A DNA stretch of 32,000 bases from Candidatus Omnitrophota bacterium (GTDB lineage: Bacteria; Omnitrophota; Gorgyraeia; Zapsychrales; JANLHA01). The position numbers and the translations under genes were made by a program. Shown piece after piece: positions 27,401-32,000 of the stretch; position 1 is the first letter of the stretch; each line of letters opens with the position of its first letter. The stretch covers positions 1 to 32,000 of the forward strand of contig OY759724.1 of NCBI GenBank assembly GCA_963662715.1. The letters run 5' to 3'. The notes below the pieces were generated by a model. That model did not search any database, was not told where the DNA came from, and worked only from the letters and a program-made list of their open reading frames with translations.

Positions 27401-30400
27401 CCCCGCATCACTCATCACATCGATATCCTGCCAGTTAATCCCCGCATCACTTAAATCATTCACGCTCACCCAGTTAATACCCATGTCACTCATAACATTT
27501 ATGTCCTGCCAGTTGATCCCCGTATCCGATAGCACATCTAAATCCTGCCAGTTGATCCCCGCATCACTCAGGATATCCAAGTCCAGCCAGTTAATTCCCG
27601 CGTTCGTCATATCACTCATACTCACCCAGTTCATCCCCGTATCACTCATCACATCGATATCCAGCCAGTTGATCCCCGCGTCACTTAAATCATTCACACT
27701 CACCCAATTGATCCCCATATCACTCATCACATTCAAATCCTGCCAGTTGATCCCCGTATCCGAGAGCACATCCAGATCCTGCCAGTTGATCCCCGCATCG
27801 CTCATCACATCGATGTCCAGCCAGTTGATCCCCGCGTCACTTAAATCATTCACACTCACCCAATTGATCCCTATATCACTCATCACATTTATGTCCTGCC
27901 AATTAACCCCCGCATCACTTAACACATCAATATCCGACCAGTTGATCCCCGCATCTGATAGGACATCCAAATCCGACCAATTGATCCCTGTATCTGAAAT
28001 AACATCAATATCCGACCAGTTGATCCCCGCGTCCGAAAGAACATCGATATCCAGCCAGTTGATCCCCGCGTTCGTCATATCACTCATACTCACCCAGTTC
28101 ATCCCCATATCACTCATCACATCGATATCCACCCAGTTGATCCCCGCATCACTTAAATCATTCACACTCACCCAATTGATCCCCATATCACTCATCACAT
28201 TTATGTCCTGCCAGTTGATCCCTGTATCTGATAGAACATCCATATCCTGCCAGTTGATCCCCGCATCACTCATCACATCGATATCCAGCCAGTTGATCCC
28301 CGCGTCACTTAAATCATTCACACTCAACCAGTTAATCCCCATGTCACTCATAACATTTATGTCCTGCCAGTTGATCCCTGTATCTGATAGAACATCCAAA
28401 TCCTGCCAGTTGATCCCCGCATCGCTCATCACATCCAAATCCAGCCAGTTGATTCCCGTATCTGATAGAACATCCAAATCCTGCCAGTTGATCCCCGCAT
28501 CACTCATCACATCGATGTCCAACCAATTGATCCCCGCGTCACTCATATCATTCACACTCACCCAATTGATCCCCATATCACTCATCACATTTATGTCCTG
28601 CCAGTTGATTCCTGTATCACTCAACACATCCAAATCCCGCCAATTAATCCCCGCATCACTTAACACATTCAAATCCGACCAGTTGATCCCTGTATCACTT
28701 AACACATCAATGTCCTGCCAGTTAATCCCCGCGTCACTTAACACATCAATATCCAGCCAGTTGATCCCTGCATTCGTCATATCACTCATACTCACCCAGT
28801 TCATCCCCATATCACTCATCACATCAATGTCCTGCCAGTTGATCCCCGCATCACTTAAATCATTCACACTCACCCAATTGATCCCCATATCACTCATCAC
28901 ATTCAAATCCTGCCAGTTGATCCCCGCGTCACTTAACACATCGATATCCTGCCAGTTGATCCCCGCGTCACTTAACACATCGATATCCAGCCAGTTGATC
29001 CCCGCATCACTTAAATCATTCACACTCACCCAATTGATACCCATATCACTCATCACATTTATGTCCTGCCAGTTGATCCCCGTATCTGAGAGTACATCCA
29101 AGTCCAGCCAGTTGATTCCCGCATCACTTAAAACATCCAAATCCAGCCAGTTGATTCCCGTATCACTTAACACATCGATGTCCAGCCAGTTTATCCCCGC
29201 GTCACTCATCACATCAATGTCCAGCCAGTTGATCCCCGCATCGCTCAAATCATTCACGCTCACCCAATTAATTCCCATATCACTCATCACATTTATGTCC
29301 TGCCAGTTGATTCCTGTATCTGAAAGAACATCCAAATCCTGCCAGTTGATCCCCGCATCACTCAGGATATTCAAGTCCAGCCAGTTAATTCCCGTATCTG
29401 AGAGCACATCCAAATCCTGCCAGTTGATCCCCGCGTCACTCATCACATCTATGTCCAACCAGTTAATCCCCGCGTCACTCATATCATTCACACTCACCCA
29501 ATTGATCCCCATATCACTCATCACATTCAAATCCTGCCAGTTGATCCCCGTATCACTTAACACATCCATATCCGACCAGTTTATCCCCGCATCACTCAGG
29601 ATATCCAAGTCCAGCCAGTTGATTCCCGCGTTCGTCATATCACTCATACTCACCCAGTTCATCCCCGTATCACTCATCACATCAATATCCAGCCAGTTGA
29701 TCCCCGCGTCACTTAAATCATTCACACTCACCCAATTGATCCCCATATCACTCATCACATTCAAATCCTGCCAATTGATCCCCGTATCGCTTAATACATC
29801 CACATCCTGCCAATTTATCCCCGCATCACTCAGGATATCCAAGTCCAGCCAGTTGATCCCCGTATCACTCAACACATCCAGATCCAGCCAGTTGATCCCC
29901 GCGTCACTCATCACATCTATATCCAGCCAATTGATCCCCGCGTCACTTAAATCATTCACACTCACCCAATTGATCCCCATGTCACTCATCACATTTATGT
30001 CCTGCCAATTAACCCCCGTATCACTTAACACATTCAAATCCTGCCAGTTGATCCCTGCATCACTTAATACATCAATATCTGCCCAGTTGATCCCCGCATC
30101 ACTTAATACATCTATGTCCAGCCAGTTGATCCCCGCATCACTCATCACATCGATGTCCAGCCAGTTTATCCCCGCGTCACTCATATCATTCACACTCACC
30201 CAGTTAATCCCCATGTCACTCATCACATTCAAATCCTGCCAGTTAATCCCCGTATCCGATAGCACATCCAAATCTAACCAATTAATCCCCGTATCACTTA
30301 AGACATCAATATCCAGCCAGTTGATTCCCGCATTCGTCATATCACTCATACTCACCCAGTTCATCCCCATATCACTCATCACATCTATGTCCAGCCAGTT

Positions 30401-32000
30401 GATCCCCGCGTCACTCATATCATTCACACTCACCCAGTTAATCCCCATGTCACTCATCACATTCAAATCCTGCCAGTTGATCCCCGTATCCGAGAGCACA
30501 TCCATATCCTGCCAGTTGATCCCCGCATCGCTCAGGATATCCAAGTCCAGCCAGTTGATCCCCGCGTTCGTCATATCACTCATACTCACCCAGTTCATCC
30601 CGATATCACTCATCACATCGATATCCAGCCAGTTGATCCCCGCGTCACTCATATCATTCACACTCACCCAGTTAATCCCCATGTCACTCATCACATTTAT
30701 ATCCTGCCAGTTGATCCCCGTATCCGAGAGCACATCTAAATCCTGCCAGTTGATCCCCGCATCACTCAGGATATCCAAATCCAGCCAATTGATCCCCGCA
30801 TTCGTCATATCACTCATACTCACCCAGTTCATCCCCGCATCACTCATCACATCGATATCCTGCCAGTTGATCCCCGCATCACTTAAATCATTCATGCTCA
30901 CCCAGTTAATACCCATGTCACTCATAACATTTATGTCCTGCCAGTTGATCCCCGTATCCGATAGCACATCTAAATCCTGCCAGTTGATCCCCGCATCACT
31001 CAGGATATCCAAGTCCAGCCAGTTAATTCCCGCGTTCGTCATATCACTCATACTCACCCAGTTCATCCCCGTATCACTCATCACATCGATATCCAGCCAG
31101 TTGATCCCCGCGTCACTTAAATCATTCACACTCACCCAATTGATCCCCATATCACTCATCACATTCAAATCCTGCCAGTTGATCCCCGTATCCGAGAGCA
31201 CATCCAGATCCTGCCAGTTGATCCCCGCATCGCTCATCACATCGATGTCCAGCCAGTTGATCCCCGCGTCACTTAAATCATTCACACTCACCCAATTGAT
31301 CCCTATATCACTCATCACATTTATGTCCTGCCAATTAACCCCCGCATCACTTAACACATCAATATCCGACCAGTTGATCCCCGCATCTGATAGGACATCC
31401 AAATCCGACCAATTGATCCCTGTATCTGAAATAACATCAATGTCCGACCAGTTGATCCCCGCGTCCGAAAGAACATCGATATCCAGCCAGTTGATCCCCG
31501 CGTTCGTCATATCACTCATACTCACCCAGTTCATCCCCATATCACTCATCACATCGATATCCACCCAGTTGATCCCCGCGTCACTTAAATCATTCACACT
31601 CACCCAATTGATCCCCATATCACTCATCACATTTATGTCCTGCCAGTTGATCCCTGTATCACTCAATACATCCATATCCTGCCAGTTAATCCCCGCATCA
31701 CTCATCACATCGATATCCAGCCAGTTGATCCCCGCATCACTTAAATCATTCACACTCACCCAGTTAATCCCCATGTCACTCATAACATTTATGTCCTGCC
31801 AGTTGATTCCTGTATCTGATAGAACATCCAAATCCTGCCAGTTGATCCCTGCATCGCTCATCACATCCAAATCCAGCCAGTTGATCCCCGTATCTGATAG
31901 AACATCCAAATCCTGCCAGTTTATCCCCGCATCACTCATCACATCGATGTCCAGCCAGTTAATCCCCGCGTCACTTAAATCATTCACACTCACCCAATTG
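1..32000 (-). CDS. Internal fragment of a giant tandem-repeat protein, partial at both ends. At least 10,666 codons of a 13-aa acidic, Trp-containing repeat, consensus x-D-[LI]-[DN]-V-[LM]-S-D-x-G-I-N-W.
   Basis: Reverse-complement translations: 92-130 = QDLDILSDAGINW; 53-91 = QDLDVLSDTGINW; 14-52 = QDINVMSDMGINW; 209-247 = VSVNDLSDAGINW; 131-169 = VSMSDMTNAGINW. I parsed all 88 units of the first HOR copy; each is exactly 39 nt with no in-frame TTA/CTA/TCA on the + strand (these would be minus-strand stops). The same codon phase holds at 2-4 and at 31997-31999, and every landmark checked satisfies pos = 14 mod 39. The Trp codon is invariant. Variation concentrates at minus-strand wobble positions. 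Ser is kept across both codon families (AGT/AGC and TCA/TCG), and the hydrophobic position 6 uses all six Leu codons plus ATG/ATT. No start or stop lies in the window. Confidence 0.8.
3433..6864 (-). repeat. HOR copy H2 (A-type).
   Basis: In register with H1 at +3432. Private variants at 6479 and 6486 (atctatatccag versus atccatatcctg in the other copies). It has ccc at 6068-6070 where H1 has cct. Confidence 0.9.
6865..10296 (-). repeat. HOR copy H3 (A-type).
   Basis: In register at +6864. Shares the H1 alleles at the 2637-, 2762-, 2906- and 2951-equivalent sites. Has t at 6875 (acttaccc), shared only with H6. Confidence 0.9.
10297..13728 (-). repeat. HOR copy H4 (A-type, apparent H1/H3-like to H2/H5-like recombinant).
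   Basis: Carries the H1/H3 alleles at 12933 and 13058 but the H2/H5 alleles at 13202 and 13247. Confidence 0.88.
13729..17160 (-). repeat. HOR copy H5 (A-type).
   Basis: In register at +13728. Shares the H2 alleles at the 2637-, 2762-, 2906- and 2951-equivalent sites. Private g at 16822 (ccag versus ccaa). Confidence 0.9.
17161..20592 (-). repeat. HOR copy H6, a chimera. It is A-type up to 18889 except for one B-type unit at 18149-18187, and B-type from 18890.
   Basis: Units k0-k43 match H1-H5 apart from k25. From k44 (18890) the units match the B-type cognates, e.g. 18929-18967 is identical to 22361-22399. Confidence 0.85.
18149..18187 (-). other. Single-unit B-type patch inside an otherwise A-type HOR copy (putative short gene-conversion tract).
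   Basis: 18149-18187 (ccagttgattcccgtatctgatagaacatccaaatcctg) is identical to the B-type cognate at 21581-21619. It differs at about 10 positions from the A-type cognates (989-1027, 4421-4459, and so on). The flanking units 18110-18148 and 18188-18226 remain A-type. Confidence 0.8.
20593..24024 (-). repeat. HOR copy H7 (B-type).
   Basis: Starts with cattcacgctcaccc at 20593, in register with the A-type copies. Confidence 0.88.
24025..27456 (-). repeat. HOR copy H8 (B-type).
   Basis: cattcacgctcaccc at 24025. The first ~240 nt differ from H7 at only about 2 sites. Unit-sized differences occur elsewhere, e.g. 25675-25713 versus 22243-22281. Confidence 0.88.
27457..30888 (-). repeat. HOR copy H9 (B-type).
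   Basis: cattcacgctcaccc at 27457. Shows patchy unit replacements relative to H8, e.g. around 28220-28450 versus 24790-25020. Confidence 0.86.
30889..32000 (-). repeat. HOR copy H10 (B-type, truncated by the window edge).
   Basis: cattcatgctcaccc at 30889 = 27457 + 3432. Colinear with the start of H9. Confidence 0.85.

Larger units (their letters stand above)
14..31993 (-). repeat. Tandem array of 820 complete 39-bp units, head to tail with no spacers. Partial units at 1-13 and 31994-32000.
   Basis: Every unit begins with CCA (antisense of TGG) at 14+39k. Checked at k=0-88 and at many later positions, e.g. 18149, 19319, 20021, 20255, 20489, 20723, 21191, 21893, 22751, 31994. (31994-14)/39 = 820 exactly. 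Confidence 0.97.
18890..32000 (-). repeat. B-type higher-order repeat array with the same 3432-bp period and register. About 90% identical to A-type, with more variation between its own copies.
   Basis: Landmark atcccgat is at 20301, 23733, 27165 and 30597. Landmark ccgcgtcactcatcacatcaatgtccag is at 18901, 22333, 25765 and 29197. The VSMSDMTNAGINW-type units fall at the same HOR indices (3, 15, 33, 55, 73, 79, 85) as in A-type. Comparing 17161-17350 with 20593-20782 gives about 20 mismatches in about 190 nt. Confidence 0.88.

Noticed and set aside
2-31999. Frequent TGA, TAG and TAA triplets on the + strand in the repeat phase, e.g. atc tga tag aac at 68-79.
   Set aside because: They are stops only for + frame 2, which is clearly non-coding. 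On the minus strand they are TCA (Ser), CTA (Leu) and TTA (Leu) codons.
1-32000. CRISPR array, suggested by the regular ~39-bp periodicity.
   Set aside because: There is no alternation of conserved repeats with unique spacers. Every 39-bp unit is homologous to every other across its full length, and the array holds an open reading frame with codon-level constraint.
1-32000. Non-coding satellite or minisatellite DNA.
   Set aside because: The unit length is a multiple of 3. Variation is concentrated at wobble positions. Ser and Leu are retained across different codon families, and TGG is invariant. That pattern is not expected for neutral satellite DNA. It cannot be fully excluded without expression data.
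3-32000. The + strand frame-3 ORF (QLIPASLITSISS-type repeat) as the real gene.
   Set aside because: The same nucleotide variants that are synonymous or conservative on the minus strand cause radical changes in this frame (L/D/E/V and I/R/K/N/S). Its openness is explained by the absence of Tyr codons and by the fixed context of Gln codons in the minus-strand protein.
1-32000. Assignment to RTX (GGxGxDxUx), pentapeptide repeat, LRR, ice-nucleation, cadherin or thrombospondin-type Ca-binding repeat families.
   Set aside because: The period (13/26 aa) and consensus (DxDVxSDxGINW) fit none of these motifs. A resemblance in being Asp- and Gly-rich is not enough to name a family without an HMM search.
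1-32000. G-quadruplex or i-motif potential from the CCCC/GGGG tract in each unit.
   Set aside because: The G-runs are about 35 nt apart, far beyond canonical G4 loop lengths (7 nt or less), and most runs are only 3-4 nt. There is no support for stable intramolecular G4 from sequence alone.
1-32000. Internal ATG codons as independent gene starts, and any promoter, RBS or terminator elements.
   Set aside because: In-frame ATG codons are simply the abundant Met residues of the repeat. No unit-breaking sequence, Shine-Dalgarno-like context, -10/-35 pair or hairpin plus T-tract exists anywhere in the window.

Overview
The whole 32 kb window is one uninterrupted tandem-repeat array. There are no gene boundaries, RNA genes, mobile elements, CRISPR array or intergenic DNA. 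The basic unit is 39 bp: 820 complete units sit in perfect register from 14 to 31993, with partial units at both edges. On the minus strand, one frame (codons occupy + strand triplets 2-4 ... 31997-31999) shows no stop codon in any unit variant I read. It encodes a 13-residue repeat, x-D-[LI]-[DN]-V-[LM]-S-D-x-G-I-N-W, for example QDLDILSDAGINW from 92-130. I read the window as an internal fragment (at least 10,666 codons) of a giant repeat-protein gene whose start and stop both lie outside it. The array has nested periodicity: 39 bp units; a 78 bp two-unit alternation; blocks of mostly 6 units (234 bp, 78 aa) ending in a variant VSVNDLSDAGINW unit; and an 88-unit, 3432 bp (1144 aa) higher-order repeat (HOR) present about 9.3 times in constant register. 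HOR copies 1-5 and the first half of copy 6 (1-18889, A-type) are nearly identical, differing at a handful of mosaic SNPs. From 18890 to 32000 (B-type) the copies are colinear unit for unit but only about 90% identical to A-type, with unit-sized patches of difference among themselves. The predicted protein uses about 12 amino acids (D, S, N, G, W, I, L, V, M, A, T, Q, plus rare R). It has no K/E/H/Y/F/C/P in the variants I read, is strongly polyanionic and Met-rich, and has one Trp every 13 residues. I do not recognise this repeat as any named family, so function (Ca2+/metal-binding solenoid fibre, adhesin or matrix protein) is inference only. The antisense + strand frame is also open across the window; codon-substitution patterns indicate it is a by-product rather than the gene.
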